From the NCBI GenBank assembly GCA_964016885.1, contig OZ024740.1:242668001-242732000 (forward strand): a DNA stretch of 64,000 nt, in the 5' to 3' direction. The DNA is from Eledone cirrhosa (taxonomy: Eukaryota). Positions within the stretch are counted from its first letter, which is position 1, and each line of letters begins with the position of its first letter. Made by a program: the position numbers and the translations under genes. The notes under the pieces were generated by a model. The model was not told where the DNA came from, searched no databases, and saw only the letters and a program-made list of their open reading frames with translations. Below, piece after piece: positions 9,395 through 23,608 of the stretch.

Positions 9395-12190
9395 ATGCAC
9401 AACAACAATGACATGTCGATATGTAACACAAACTTAAAAAAACCCGACAACCACCTGATCACCTACAGATCAGGAGAGCATTCTAGTCAGATAGATTTTA
9501 TCCTCATCAGAGGACATGACAGATGGACAGTCGTAAACACAAAAGCCTTCCCTAGTGAGGAATGTACCTCCCAACATAGCTTAGTTGTCAGCGACCTCAC
9601 GGTCAGAACTAGACGAACCTGGAAGCAGAGGCCAACCTGGAGAAGAAAGATCTGGAAGCTGAAAGACCCCTCAGCCAGTAACAGATTTAAAGATATTTTA
9701 CTCAATGCCTACGACAGTACAGAAGAACAGATAGAGACATTCAATGTAGAAGAGCACTGGGAGTTCCTAAAAAATAACTTACTAGAGGCGACGGATGAGA
9801 TCTGTGGCTGGAGTAAGACCACAAGCAAGAGGAGAGTGACTTGGTGGTGGAATAATAAGGTAGATGAGGCAGTTAAGGCCAAGAGACAGGCATGAAAAGA
9901 ATGGAAGAATGGGGGAAGCAGGGTACATTACATAGAGACAAAGAGGGAAGCTAGGCGACAAGTATACTTAGCTAGGAGGGAAGCAGAGGATAGAAAATTC
10001 AAGCATGTTTTGCAACGTGTGGACCAGAAACAGGAGGTGTTCAAGATTGCAAGGCAGTGTGTCAGAGAGAATTATGATGTCATTGGAGAGAAGTGTATCC
10101 GGAATGATAAAGGTGAGCTTGCCCTCACAAGTGCTGAGAAGAAAGATGCATGGAAGAGCCATTATGATAGATTACTAAATGAGGAGAATGCATGGGAAGA
10201 AGAGACCCTACCCCAAGTAGACCCTATAGAGGGGCCAGCAGTACAAGTCAGCAGCAGCGTAGTAAGTAAGGCAATCAAAGATACGAAGATGGGGAAGGCA
10301 ACCGGTCCATCGGGTATAGCTGCTGAGATGCTGAAGGCATCTGGGTCTGTAGGTCACACTATAACCACACGTATTGTTAACCAGGTAATACTAGAAGGTG
10401 TCATACCAAAAGATTGGTGCAGTAGCATCATTGTCAATTGCTACAAAGGTAAAGGTGATGCACTAGATAGAGGAAACTATAGAGGTATAAAGCTGATGGA
10501 CCAGGTCATGAAAGTAACAGAAAGAGTTATAGCACAGTTGATTAGGGACCGGGTGAAACTAGATGAGATGCAATTTGGGTTTGTACCAGGAAGAGGCACC
10601 ACTGATGCCCTCTTCCTTGTGAGGCAGTTACAGGAAAAGTACCTAGCTAAAAGTAAGCCACTCTACCTGGCATTCGTCGATCTCGAGAAAGCCTTTGACA
10701 GAGTTCCACGTGCTATAATCTGGTGGGCTCTTAGAAAACTAGGAGTAGATGAATGGCTTGTGAAAGCTGTACAAGCCATGTATAGGGGAGCAGTCAGCAA
10801 AGTTAGGATTAGCAATGAGTATAGCGAGGAAGTTAGCGTACAGGTTGGTGTCCACCAGGGCTCTGTTCTTAGCCCTCTCCTCTTCATCATAGTCCTGCAG
10901 GCAATAACGGAGGAGTTTAAGACCGGATGCCCATGGGAACTCCTGTATGCAGATGACCTCGCACTTATAACTGAATCTATGGTAGAACTAGAGAAGAAAT
11001 TCCAAACTTGGAAGCAGGGACTAGAAAGAAAAGGTCTCAAAATCAACATGACAAAGACTAAGGTCCTTGTAAGTAGACGAGAAAACAGATCCCAGATCCC
11101 CTCAGGGAAATGGCCTTGCTCAGTATGTAGGAAAGGTGTAGGTAGGAACTCCATTCTCTGCCCCAAATGCAAACAATGGGTACACAAGAGATGTAGCAGG
11201 ATCTCAGGAAGCTTAATTAAGAATGTAGGCTTCACATGTAGCAGCTGTGCTGGAACAGCAAGCAGCAAACAGCCACAAGAAACAAGTACCACCAATCTCT
11301 GGGAGGGCTCTGTAGAAACAGTAGACAGCTTCTGCTACCTAGGTGACCGAATTAACAGCAGAGGTGGGTGTTCAGAAAGTACAATAACTAGAGTAAAAAC
11401 AGGATGGAAGAAGTTCAGGGAACTACTGCCTCTGCTAGCTGCAAAAGGCTTCTCCCTCAAAATGAAAGGCAGACTGTATGATGCGTGTATCCGAACAGCA
11501 ATGTTACATGGTAGTGAGACCTGGGCGCTGAAGGTGGAAGACTTATGTAGATTAGAAAGAAACGAAACCTGCATGCTCTAATGGATGTGTAATAGTAATA
11601 TACGTGAATGGCAAAGCATAGATGAATTGAGAGAGAGACTGAGCATCAGAGAAATCAAATGCTGTGTGCAGGAGAGGCGGATGTGTTGGTATGGACATGT
11701 GATGCGTATGAAGGATGACAGCTGCATAAAAAGGTGCAGAGCACTAGAAGTCAATGGAAGCCGCGGAGTGGGGAGACCCAAGAAGACGAGGTGATAGGGG
11801 TCGACCTTACCCAGTTGCACCTCTCAAAGACCTGCGTCACACAGTAATACAGAGTACCCGACCTCACATGGGTACAAGCTGAAGCATATAGACAATATAC
11901 CCCCACACCCTCCCACTGCAAAATGGTCGTGGAGGTGCCATGGCAAAAAAGCACCCAGCCCACACTGTAAAGTGGACGTGTAGGCACCACGAAAAAGCAC
12001 CCTGCACTCACTGTAAATGAGGTTGGTGTTAGGAAGGGCATCCAGCTGTAGAAACCAAGCCAAAATCAGTTCCTCTATGAGCAAGGCATGGTCAGCCGAC
12101 CAGACACTGCCCACAATAGGACAACCCGTCTAACCCATGCTAGCATGGAAGAACGGACGTAAAACGGTGATGATGGTGATGATGATGATA
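9395..12190 (+). mobile_element. 5'-truncated RTE-clade LINE (APE end, RT, PHD-like Zn finger), with few lesions
   Basis: HLITYRSG..QIDFIL; NYRGIKL, QFGFVPGRGTTDA, FVDLEKAFDRV, GVHQGSVLSP, LYADDL; stops at 9893 and 11579; (GAT)n tail; duplicated 3' end at ~12192-12325. Confidence 0.95.
10010..11581 (+). pseudogene. RTE reverse transcriptase ORF segment (523 aa) with embedded C4HC3 finger
   Basis: Complete RT motifs; WPCSVC..ILCPKCKQWVHKRC..FTCSSC at ~11111-11250. Confidence 0.92.
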
Positions 12191-15100
12191 AGCTCATACC
12201 AAAATCAGTTCTGTATGAGAAAGACATGGTCACCTGACCTGGCATTACCCACCACAGGACAACTCGTCTAACCCATGCTAGCATGGAAGAATGGACGTAA
12301 AACAGTGATAACGATGATGATGATATATATATATATATGTACTCAGATGCATATATGTATATATGTATGTACTCAGATGCATATATGTATGCACAATCAC
12401 AAATCTATGTACATTTATGTGCATATATATACATTCTCTTTAAACTGCACACACAGATATCACAGACACACATATAAAAATTAACAAGCACACACACACA
12501 CACTATCTCACACACTATCTCACACACATATAGAGATGGATTCATCAAGATCATTTAACATCCATTTGCTCTGCTATCACACACGCACACCCACATACAC
12601 ACACACACACACATGCAAACAAACACACAGACATATAGGATTTGGAACAGAGCTGAAGCTGAGAGGAAAATTACATAGTCAGAATGATTGTTGGGAAAAT
12701 TACAATAACTATATGTTAAAGCTTACAATAGAAACAACAAGATCTACTGTATTGATATAATAACAGAGCATGTGATCTGAGTTGTAATATATTGATGCAA
12801 ACAAAGACAGAAGATAGCAAAATCTGTTGGAATACGAGACAATGTGTCTTGCTGTATTTAGTCACATCTTTTTACATTCTAAATTTATCCTTCTAGGTGG
12901 GTGGATCGAATAAAAATTCATCCTTCTAGAATGGATAAAAATAAGTACCAGTCAGCTACTGGTCAATTAGATTGACATTCTTCATTTCCAAACGTAGGTG
13001 GTCTTCTGACAGTGTTAGAAATAAATATTGATATAAGCAGCCATAGTATTGTGACCTCATCTTGTTTCACTTTATAAAGATGATGGTGTGTATATAAAGT
13101 GAAACAACTAACAACCACTAATGATTCTGACCAATGGGGAACCATTTATGCAGTTAGTGAAGTTAGATCTCCCTCAAGCTATGCACTACCATCTTCAAAA
13201 AGAGAAAAAATATATTGGATAATGTACTCTGAAATGCTTTGTTTTTTCTACTGTTTAGCCAGGGAGGGAAAGGCAGTGCTATGGCCCTTTTTAGGGTCTT
13301 TGAAACAGATGGAAGAGAGGGAAGAAGGTATCCTCAAACCAGAAATCTGATCAAATGCTTGCAAAAGAGCAGATTCTGCTAAATATGTCAAAGAGACATG
13401 CTGTGATGCTAAATCAAGCAATGGATTAGGTCTATCACTCAAGGAAGTTACTAGCTTTTTGATCTCAGAATGCAGAAAAAAATTATTTTATCTAGGATAA
13501 AAAACAAAGTAGACCTTGGTGGGATTTGTACTCAGACTACAGAAATCTGGAACAAACAACACAAGACATTCTTTCTAATGCTCTAACAACTCTTTTAATG
13601 TGTCAACTATGAGGGTGGGCTGAAAATTTCATAGGCTGACTATGAAAGAATGATGCTAGAGCTGTGAAATCTTGCAAGCATTAATTTCATCTCTTCTTAT
13701 TAATAACTGGATTGTTTCTTTCTAGGGACTATGTTGAAAAATAAACTTCATTTGGTTATTCAATGAACGTTTCAGCCTATGAAGTTTTCAGCTGACCCTT
13801 GTAAGTTTAAAATGGTGGGATGGTTGGCTGTAACATACAATCAAGGCTGACATGGGGTCAGACAACAACAACTACAATAGCTACTAACATAGTGTCGTCT
13901 ATGTGCTGGATAGAATAAATAAAATACTTTTTAACACTTTTGTAACCATATTTCTAATAAAATATACTGTATATAATTAATAAATGGAGATTCAGAGGTG
14001 ATTTATTAAAATTATTGATAATTTAGATGGGTGGGATGTTTGTTTTTTCATCAGACTATAAGTAGTATTAGGAAGGTTGGTATCAAAGATAATGAATTTG
14101 AACCGACTAATTTAAAAACAGGAAGGACTCAGTGGAAAATGTAATCACAGATACACCATGTCTGAAAAGAAAAGAAACACATGGGTCACAACTGGAATAC
14201 CTTTAATTTTGAGTCTGTTCAATCAGGATTGACCTGGGTTTATACAACAATAACTAATATGTATTAGATCAAAATGGAGAGCTATCACTCTTGTAATAAA
14301 TGCCTAGAATAATGCCTTTCTCTCTTGAATTGTAGTTTCTAGAAAGGACAAATCTTCATCACGATCGTCATCATCATCATCATCATCATTCTTTTTACAT
14401 CCATTTTCCATGCTGACATAGATATAGGACAAGGCATTTTCAGCAGTGTTTTATTGCAGGATAACCTTTCCTGATGCCTAGCTTTTTGTAGCGACTTACA
14501 TGTAAGGATACCATGTAACTATTCTAAAAACAAGGATACACATGTGTATAACTTTAAATATTTGTGTGTGTTTGAGTATGTGTACATGTGTGTGTGTATG
14601 TTTGAATGTGTGTGTATATTTATTTGTGGTTGAGGATTTGTTGTTTTTCTGAGTTTCTTGCTTGAAGCCATTTCTTCAGTTAAGAACGAGATGTCACCTG
14701 ACACAGAGAAGCAATGAAGTAAATTATCAGGTTTTGATCAAATAAACTCTCCAATATGTATTGAATACTCTTTTCCCCACTTGTGCATCTAAACTTAGTC
14801 ACACATACATATGAAAACTGCATGCTTATAAGAAGTGTCATGATACTTTTAATAATCAGCAGATATTAAAAGATGATGATGATGGTGATGATTCACATGT
14901 TTTTCACATTTGATCTTCGAGAAACTTGGGGTTGACCTTCATTTCAAAATGATTGAATTTCATTTGTCAATGAATAACTGGAAAAGATATAAATTGAAAC
15001 CTCCATTGGATATACATGCAATTCATCAATTTTACTTGTTACAATGATTCCACAATGATATGTTGCATAATGTTCATTAAGCAAAAATCATTTAAATGTT

Positions 15101-15400
15101 CGAAGTTAAATTCTAAAGTGATGTTCATAAGAGATGATATTATGAAAAATTACATATAATACAAGAAAAAGGCTTCATTGAGCAATTAATGTAATGTTAT
15201 AATAATCCCTAATGATGTGGGTTTGCTTAAGCTTATTACTTTTAGTTGAATATTTACAGTTCTGTGAAGTAAATTACATTAATGCAATCATTGTCGCTAA
15301 TGTTGTGTATCATCATCATCATCATTTTACACCTGTTCTTCCATGCATGGGCTTGATGGGCCTAAAACATCCCACCACACATCACACTTCATCATCATCT

Positions 15401-16638
15401 GATACAAACCTACTCGTGATAGAAGAATGGGTGACGAGGATAGTGGACGATGGAGATGCAGCCGATATTATCTTTCTCGACTTCGCCAAAGCCTTTGACT
15501 CGGTCAACCACCGCCTGCTCCTGTATAAGCTCAGCAACTATGGTCTCCATCACTCGATTATAAAGTGGATTGGATCATTTCTTGAGGGTCGTTCTTGCAG
15601 AATTCGGATCAATGGCAGTCTGTCATCGGGGGTGGGTGTAGGCAGTAGCGTTCCCCAGGGCTCTGTGTTAGGCCCAATTCCCTTCCTTCTATACATCAAC
15701 GACATGCCAGACGTGATTTGTGGAAACGTGCTCCTATTTGCAGATGATGTGAAAATGGTAGCCCGTAGGAACGAGATCGACAATCTCAAGTCCTGCCTCC
15801 AGCGCGCCTGGAGTTGGTCCATTGACTGGGATTTATACCTCACTGTCGATAAGTGTTGCCATATGGCAGTGGGTACACCTTATAACTCAGCTCTTACCTT
15901 CAACGGTGGCACTGCTCCTTTGAAGGAGGTCGAGGAGATAAAGATCTTGGTCTGCTGGTTGACTCGTCCTTCAAACCATCAAAACATTGCATTCAAGCCG
16001 CAAAGAAGGCAAGGAGCTCTCTTTTTTTTATTCGATGTTCCTTTGCCAAACTCACTCCAGAAATTTTCAGGCCTCTCTATGTCGCCCTCGTGAGACCGCA
16101 CCTAGAATATGGCATCCAAGCATCAAACCCATATCCCATCCGGGATATCCATCACTTGGAGAGAGTTCAATGACTAGCGACTCGAATGGTACAGGGTCTT
16201 CATGAGCTGCCCTACGAAAGCCAGCTGCAGTCGCTGAACCTCTTCTCCTTGGAGCATCGACAGCTACGAGGCGATCTCATTTTGGCTTACAATCTCTTCA
16301 ATGGTCATTACGATCTCCCTCAAGATCTCCTATTCACTCCGGCACTTGAAAGGAGTCTATGTGGACATGACAAAAAGCTGTTTCACCACCGCTTTCGCCT
16401 AAATAGACAGAAAGCTGCTTTCTCAATCTGCATATCTGGGCCCTGGAATCAGCTCCCAGAAGAAGTAGTCAACGCGCCAACCACGCAACAATTCAAGGCG
16501 AAATTGGACCGGTGTTGGACCACTGTGTTTCCGACTGTCTAAATTTTGCCCCTCTCCCCTCCTTACATGGCATCTGAAGCATCTATGTTTTAATTTCTGC
16601 CAAATATATTGAATTGTATACACAAAGCAATAAAAAAA
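15401..16638 (+). mobile_element. 5'-truncated CR1-clade LINE, frameshifted
   Basis: IFLDFAKAFDSVNH, VPQGSVLGP, LFADDVK, LVRPHLEY, LNLFSLEHRQLRGDLI, WNQLPEEVV; ends in AATAAAAAAAA. Confidence 0.93.
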
Positions 16639-17267
16639 CACACACCAATATTTGTTGTGTAAATTGTATTATTTTGGTATGTGTTTTAGGGCTGGATGAT
16701 AAACCTTGGTTCTTCACTCATAGTTACGCTTATGATGTGTATTTTTGTTTTTAGAATAGATGCATAGCATCCCTGCATATTGTAACTAAATACAACTAAA
16801 TGCAACTATCTGGAAGGATATCCTGCTATAAAACATTGTTCAAAAATCCTGTCAGCATGGAAAACATGTAAAAATGATAACAATGATGATGATTGTGATG
16901 GGAGTTATGATGAGAATCATGCAGATATCTTTGTTCTGTCTAGAAACTACAATAATGAAATTATCGAAATGAAGAATAATGGTACCTAAGTAAATAAATA
17001 CTTCTCAGTTATAATGAAAATTATTCTTTCATGCAAAACTAATTAGCAAGAATATTAAATAAAATTAAGAAATATCTGATTCTGAGATCTCTAGCAATTA
17101 TTTTTGCTTTGTAAACCATTTGCAAACATATATATGATATTTCCAGTCTTTCCTGTGCAGCTTTGACTATTCATGTAGTATCTAAACACTTTCACACAAC
17201 CTACAGACATACAACCATCACGTTATTTTTCCAGTTGTGTATACACCAGCCAATATATAATGATGAT

Positions 17268-17410
17268 AATAATAATTGTTTCTACTTTTGGCACAAGACC
17301 AGCAATTACCCAGTGTAATACTGGTACTTTATTTTATAATAATAATGATGATAATAATTATAATAATAATTGTTTCTACTTTAGGCACAAGGCCAGTAAT
17401 TACCCAGTAC
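17268..17410 (-). mobile_element. Tandem 5'-truncated SINE A tails separated by (AAT)n
   Basis: TTGTTTCTACTTT(T/A)GGCACAAG(A/G)CCAG occurs at ~17276 and ~17370. Confidence 0.75.
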
Positions 17411-19756
17411 AGCGTGCATCTAAGATCCCGTTCCAGTCGCCCACTAACACTAAAGAGCAGGACGTTCCAAGAAAGGTCTCCAGACGCCGGAAGAAATCAG
17501 GCCGCCCTGCTCTTGTCGGGGCATAGAGGGCCACTATCCTGAAAGCTTGCCCGTCTCCACTGGTCACGTCCAGCACCACCAATTTACCTTCTGGGTCCAG
17601 GAAGATGATCTGTATGGCGAGATCCAAACCTCTCCGAAAAAGCACAGCAACTTCTCCCCACGATCCAGGACGGCTGGGAGATGCGTACACATCGTAGCCG
17701 CCGAAGATCGGTGCGAAGGCTCGTGCTTCGGAGATTCTGTTCTTGCTGATGGCCACTACATCTATGTTTAGTGACCTGAGGTCGTTGAGCAGGTGGCCCT
17801 GCTTCCATGACGACCCCAAGCCACGCGCATTTATGCTGCCTATTCTGAATGAGGTCATGTTGAAATGGAGTGGAAAAGATGGGAAAGACCACTTACCTTA
17901 CTTCTCGTAGAGGAAGGATGGTTTCTCCATCCTTTTCACTGCTTGTGGCCTCCTCCGGAAGGATGTCCTTATAAATCCTTGCGTTTGTTGTGGGTTTGTT
18001 TCTGTTTCGCTTTTTGGTGACTTTTGTGGTGTTGGTGATGGTGGTGTTGGGGTTGGTGATGCTGGTGTGGATGGTGGCATAGCTGTCCTAACTTTTTTGT
18101 TTCATAGTTTATTTGTTTCCCCCTGTATTTTGTTTTTGGAGGGGGAAGGAAGAGAATTTTTTCTTTTTTGGCTTCTTTTTCTTTTTTTCTTTTTTCCTGA
18201 TACCGTTTCCCACTCCTCGTCGTCACAATCTGTTTCCAGTTGCGATAGGTCGGGGAGTGGAAAATCCTCCACAGGCGTTGGTTTTGGTTGTGGCGTGGTA
18301 GATGGTGTAGGCGCTGGTGCTAGGTCTGGCGCGTTGGGTGGTGGTGTTGTTGGTTTTGCTACTGTTGCTGGGGTTGTTGCTGTTCTAGTTGCTTCTGTTG
18401 TTGCTGCTACAGTTGTTGCTGCCATTTCTGCTGCTGGTGGTGTTGATGGTTGAGTCACTGGGGTGGGTAAGAGAAGTGGCCTCAACCTTTTAGCCTGGTG
18501 GGTTCCTTCACCACAAACGACACACCTAGGCCTTCTGCCCTCGACGATTATGGTGAAGTGGCTGCCGTCAGTGAGGTCTATTACCTCGGGGATCTCCTCA
18601 ATGCTTTTTTAGTCCGCTTGGATCAGGAGCTCCATCCCAGATACGGACCAGTTCTCCTGCTTTTCTTTCGCTATTTCGATTATCTTGGTGTTGGCCTCGA
18701 TGCCGGCGAGGACGGCAGCCATTAACCAGGCAATTTCGATGGCCGGTGGAACGTGGGTAACCCTGATCTTCACGAGTCTCTGGCCACAATAGCTTGGGAC
18801 GAGTGTGAAATCGTCATTTCTTAATGGGGCCATGGAGTGTCCTCTGGCCTCCTGTGGTGTTCCAAAGAACACATCCACGGTTCAATATTTCTGCCCACGT
18901 CTGATGTGGTTTTTTTTTGCCCACACATGTCCCAAAGCTTTTGGGATTTGGGACTCGGATGCCCGTTCCACTCGGCGCGATTTTATGTTAATCATCCGAT
19001 AAGACACAATGCATAGGCACCGATACTCCATTTTATTTGGTGGGGGGTGAGGCTGACCCTGTACCCATCTTTCTTTACCATTCTCTTGGCTTCATCTAAT
19101 TCCTCCTGAGTTACCTGGATTGTTTCGCATTTTTTGGCTGCCTTCGCAAATGACACGATGTTATTCTCATTGTTGTTGTTGCTGTTGTTGTTATTGTTAT
19201 TTTTGTCATTGTTATTTTTAGTTTCAGTTGTGGTGGTGGTGGCGTCAATGGTGTTCGGTGTGGAAGAGTCCATTCTGGGTGAATCCATTTCGATGTCACG
19301 AGATAATTTATTTTTTTCTTTTGTTTCTGTTGTCGCTGTGGTGGTGGTGGGAGGGGGAGGGGCTTCAACACCTGCAGTCATTTATAATGGCGAGAAATGA
19401 ATGTCTGCAAGAGACAAATTTAAATTATTGCTACTGCTTATATTTTTAGTGTTGGCAAACGTAGTAATATTTACAATGGTAGTGTTGGTGTGAGGTGTTA
19501 GTTTGTGAGGAAGGCTCTCAGCTACTTGGTGTAGCTGTGAGTCGTCCATGATTTTTTCAAAGAATTTTTTTGTTTGATAATTATAAAAGTTTAAATTTTG
19601 GGCTCAAGTGATCTTTTTGAGTGTCCTTTTCCGAAAGCAGATTTTGTGACTTTATAAATAGTTAACAACAAAAAATTTCCATAAATGGCAATTTTAAACA
19701 AACGAAAACAAACTTTTGTGGAGCTCACGATGATACGATTTCCTACGTAGGTCGCC

Positions 19757-19758
<2 letters not shown>
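17408..19758 (-). mobile_element. Tx1-like (L1 group) LINE, 5' portion: 5' UTR, decayed ORF1, start of the APE endonuclease
   Basis: RIGSINARGL..DVVAIS..GEVAVLF..ALYAP..LVGDWNGILD; ORF1 homologous to 29630-31300; 5' end abuts (AAT)n. Confidence 0.88.
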
Positions 19759-19822
<64 letters not shown>

Positions 19823-20003
19823 TGTTTCTACTTTAGGCACAAGGCCAGCAATTACCCAGTGCATTACTGGTACTTTATTTTATCGACCCCGTAAGGATGA
19901 AAGGCAAAGTCAACCTCGGCGGGATTTGAATTCAGATCGTAAAGGGACGTAACTATGCTGGAAAGCATGGCGTCCGACCCTCTACTGATACTGCCAATCC
20001 ACC
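19759..20003 (-). mobile_element. SINE A, near full length, with long (ATT)n tail
   Basis: Same head, core and tail as the 6696 copy; (AAT) run at 19759-19822. Confidence 0.9.
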
Positions 20004-20333
20004 TAATAATGCTTTCTTTATTAACCACAAGGGTTTACACAAAGTAGACATTAAGGACAGTACAGGACAATACAGGACGGTACAAAAGGGCATTTCTGCG
20101 TGTAAAAAAAACAAAAAACATAGGATATAATAATAGAACAATGAAAAAATTCCACAATAGGGGGGAGACCTCCAAGGGCCATCGTGGAGAAAGCCCATTA
20201 AAAAGCCACGGTGATCCTGACCACGAGGGCAATTGTCCTCTCCCAGTTTTCCACCTTCAATTTACATGCATATACTCAGAGTATGTCCACTCACTCGGGC
20301 CATTCTTGCCTCTCTCACCCATCTTTCAACAAA
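20004..20333 (-). mobile_element. Tx1-like LINE 3' terminal fragment
   Basis: Homologous to 25790-26110; ends CCCTTGTGGTTAATAAAGAAAGC(ATT)n. Confidence 0.82.
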
Positions 20334-23300
20334 TGAAAAAGTAATAATAAGGATTAAAAAAGTGGAAGGAGTGCATGCTCAAGATGAAACTCAAAATGAA
20401 AACAATGAGATCGTCAATGATAAAGAAATGAATGAGAATGAACTCGCCAACTTGAAGAATGAAATTATGATCGAATGGATGAAAATGAAAGAATCTGACA
20501 TGGAGGAACGAGACACTCTCCCTAAGATCCAGAACTCCAAACAAAACCAAAGGATAATACACAAGACTAACATAATTCTCAAAAACATTATCATCACAAA
20601 TAAACTAAACATTACTGATCTAAATCATCTCTATTATGCATCGGCCAAAGTCACCACTCACTTATGTGGAGTGAAAATGAAAAAACAACGGAATTCCCAC
20701 AAAAAACCTACTTGGCAAGAGAACATCAATCGCCAAATAAACCTTCTCCGATCTGACATAGAAATTTTAGCAAACTACAAAGTAGGTGAACATGTTAAAA
20801 AAACTAAACTTAGAAAATTGAAAAGAAAATACAGTATAAAATCAACAAGTGACATAGACATGGTGGTAGAAACGATCAAGCAAAAAGTGTCGGCCAAAGC
20901 AGCCCATATAAGGCGCTGTGAAAAACGATCTAGATTCTATAAGAACAATAATATGTTCAAAAACAACCAAAAACAACCAAAGAAACTACAGAAAAATTGG
21001 CAAGTCAACAATAGCTGCTAAATCAATACCACCCAAGGAGGAAGTGCAAGAATTTTGGGAAAAGATCTGGGCCGAAGAAAAAGTTCATAATATACATGCC
21101 CCATGGAGAGACAGACAAATGAAAGATACAGCTCACCTTGAGGAACAAACATGGGAAAATATAACAGTTGAACATCTGCGTTTAGCTCTTAGAAAATCTA
21201 GCAAATGGAAATCCCCAGAGAAAGACAAAATACCAAATTTTTTGATAAATGCCTTCACAGAGTATCATGAGCTGTTAGCCCAACTTTACAATGAGATGGT
21301 TAAGGAGCCAGAAAAGATACCATCATGGCTAGTTAACGGCATTACATTCCTACTTCCGAAGAATGATGAGACAGACAATCCCCAAAATAACAGACCGATA
21401 ACTTGCTTGACCACAATGTATAAAATCTTAACATCAGTCCTAACTGAATATACATATGATCACCTGATAATAAATGATCCATTTCCCAATTAGCAGAAAG
21501 GGTGTAAACGAGGCTCATATGACTGTAAGGATCAGCTTTTGGTTAACTAAATGATACTGGAAGATTGTCATAATAGACACAAAAATCTATCAATTGCTTG
21601 GATAGATTACAAAAAAGCATTCGATAGTTTGCCACACAGTTGGATTGAAAAGTGTTTAGAGATTTTCAAAATATCTCCCGTTGTCAGAAGGTTCCTGTCA
21701 TTCAGTATGAAGACATGGAAAACGACACTCCTTTTGAATAGTGAAAAAGATTCACTGGAAGCTGGAGAAGTTAATATTAATTGTGGAATTTTTCAGGGTG
21801 ACTCTTTATCACTGCTTTTATTCTGCATCGCACTTATACCATTAAGTAAAATGCTCAATGAAACAAACATGGATATAAAGTCTATGACAAAACCATTAAT
21901 CACTTGTTCTATATGGATGACCTAAAACTATTTGCAAAAAATGAAGAGCAATTGCAAGGGCTATTATCCATTGTGATGACATTAAAATGGAGTTTGGACT
22001 AGATAAATGCACCAAAGTTCACCAGAGGAAAGCTGCCGAAAAGTTCAGACATTAAGCTTGATCGGGGGAATGTGATAAGGGGACTTGATCAAGAGGAAAC
22101 TTACAAATATCTAGGTGTTTGTGAAGGAGACGGAATCAAGCACTCGACAATGAGGGAAAGGATAAGGAAGGAATGTTACCGCAGAGTAAGAGCAATCTTA
22201 AGAACGGAATTGAATGCAAGGAATAGGATCGATGCCATAAACACGCTTGCCATACCAGTAGTAACCTACAGTTACAATGTCATCAACTGGTCAAGCACAG
22301 AGATCCGTAGGCTCGATACAAAAATTCGAAAATTCTTAACCATGCACAGGATGCATCACCCTAAGGCAGATATAGATAGAATATATCTCCCTAGGAAAGA
22401 AGGAGGACGTGGGTTAATCCAGTTAGACATTGCGTTGAAAACTGCAACAATTGGATTATCTACATATCTAAGGGAATCACATGATTGGATGATCAAACTC
22501 GTTTTGAAACACGAAAGCATCAAAAGATCATATTCCATTACAAAAGATGCACAAAGATACAGTAATGGACTACAAATTTCAGAAGTCCCATTTACTGCTG
22601 AAATGGAAAACACAGAAAAAGCAAAGCAGGTAAAAGTAACTGCAAAGAAAGAACTGCTACAGAAACTGGCTAAGAAATGGCAAGAAAAGCCTCTGTATGG
22701 AAAATACCCAGAGCGAGCTAACAATCCTGATGTTGACAAAACTTTAACCCATCAGTGGTTGGCATCCTCTGGACTGAAATCGGAGACTGAAGGACTGATT
22801 ATATCAGCACAAGATCAGTGTCTGCCAACAAAAAATTACCAAGCCAACATAATAAAAAATGGGTGCAGCCCATTATGCCGTGTATGCAAAAAACAACCAG
22901 AGACCATTGACCATATAATTTCAATGTGCAGTCCTATAGCTCCAACCGAATACCTAAACAGGCATGACAGAGCTGCACAATACATACAATGGATAATGTG
23001 TAAGCATTTTGACCTGCCCCATCAACAGAATTGTTGGGAGCATCAACCACCTCCCATACTTAAAAAAGATCACATCTCAATCTTGTGGAACTTTAGCATC
23101 CAAACAGACCGAAAAATAGATGCAAATAGACCTGATATAATATTGAAGGACTTTAAAAAGAGGGTATGCCTGCTAATTGATATGTCTGTTCCAATAGACA
23201 AGAATGTATCTATAAAAACATTTGAAAAATTGAGCAAGAATAAGGACCTGGAGATAGAAATTGGAAAAATGTGGAAATTGAGAACTAAAACAATACCAGT

Positions 23301-23608
23301 GGTTGTAGGCGCTCTGGGAATGATACCTAAGGGGTCTAATGATTACTTATCGCAGATCCCAGGAAACCCGCGTATAGGAGAAATACAAAAGATAGTACTA
23401 ATGGGAACTGCCCATATACTAAGGAAGATTCTGTCAATATAAGTACATCACAAGTCTAAACACTAAAGATGCATGTGTGTGTATCTACGTTCTTTCTTGA
23501 ACATGGCGGACCTTGTTGTCTTTTGAGGTCACTGGTTGTCACTTGGTGATAACTCGTATGAACATAAAGCAAGATAAATGCAATAATAATAATAATAATA
23601 ATAATAAT
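20334..23608 (+). mobile_element. R4/Dong-clade LINE (RT plus restriction-like endonuclease), 5'-truncated and frameshifted
   Basis: RPITCL, AWIDYKKAFDS, GIFQGDSLS, FYMDDLKL, YKYLG, CRVC..ETIDHIISMC, RHD, NRPDII..LIDMSVP, GTAHILRK; (AAT)n tail at 23582-23608. Confidence 0.93.

Noticed and set aside
10663-11295. 210-aa minus-strand ORF
   Set aside because: Antisense shadow of the RTE RT.
14519-14725. Possible minus-strand host exon after the acceptor-like TTCATTGCTTCTCTGTGTCAG
   Set aside because: No recognisable protein, runs into a (CA)-rich repeat and has no partner exons; needs RNA-seq.
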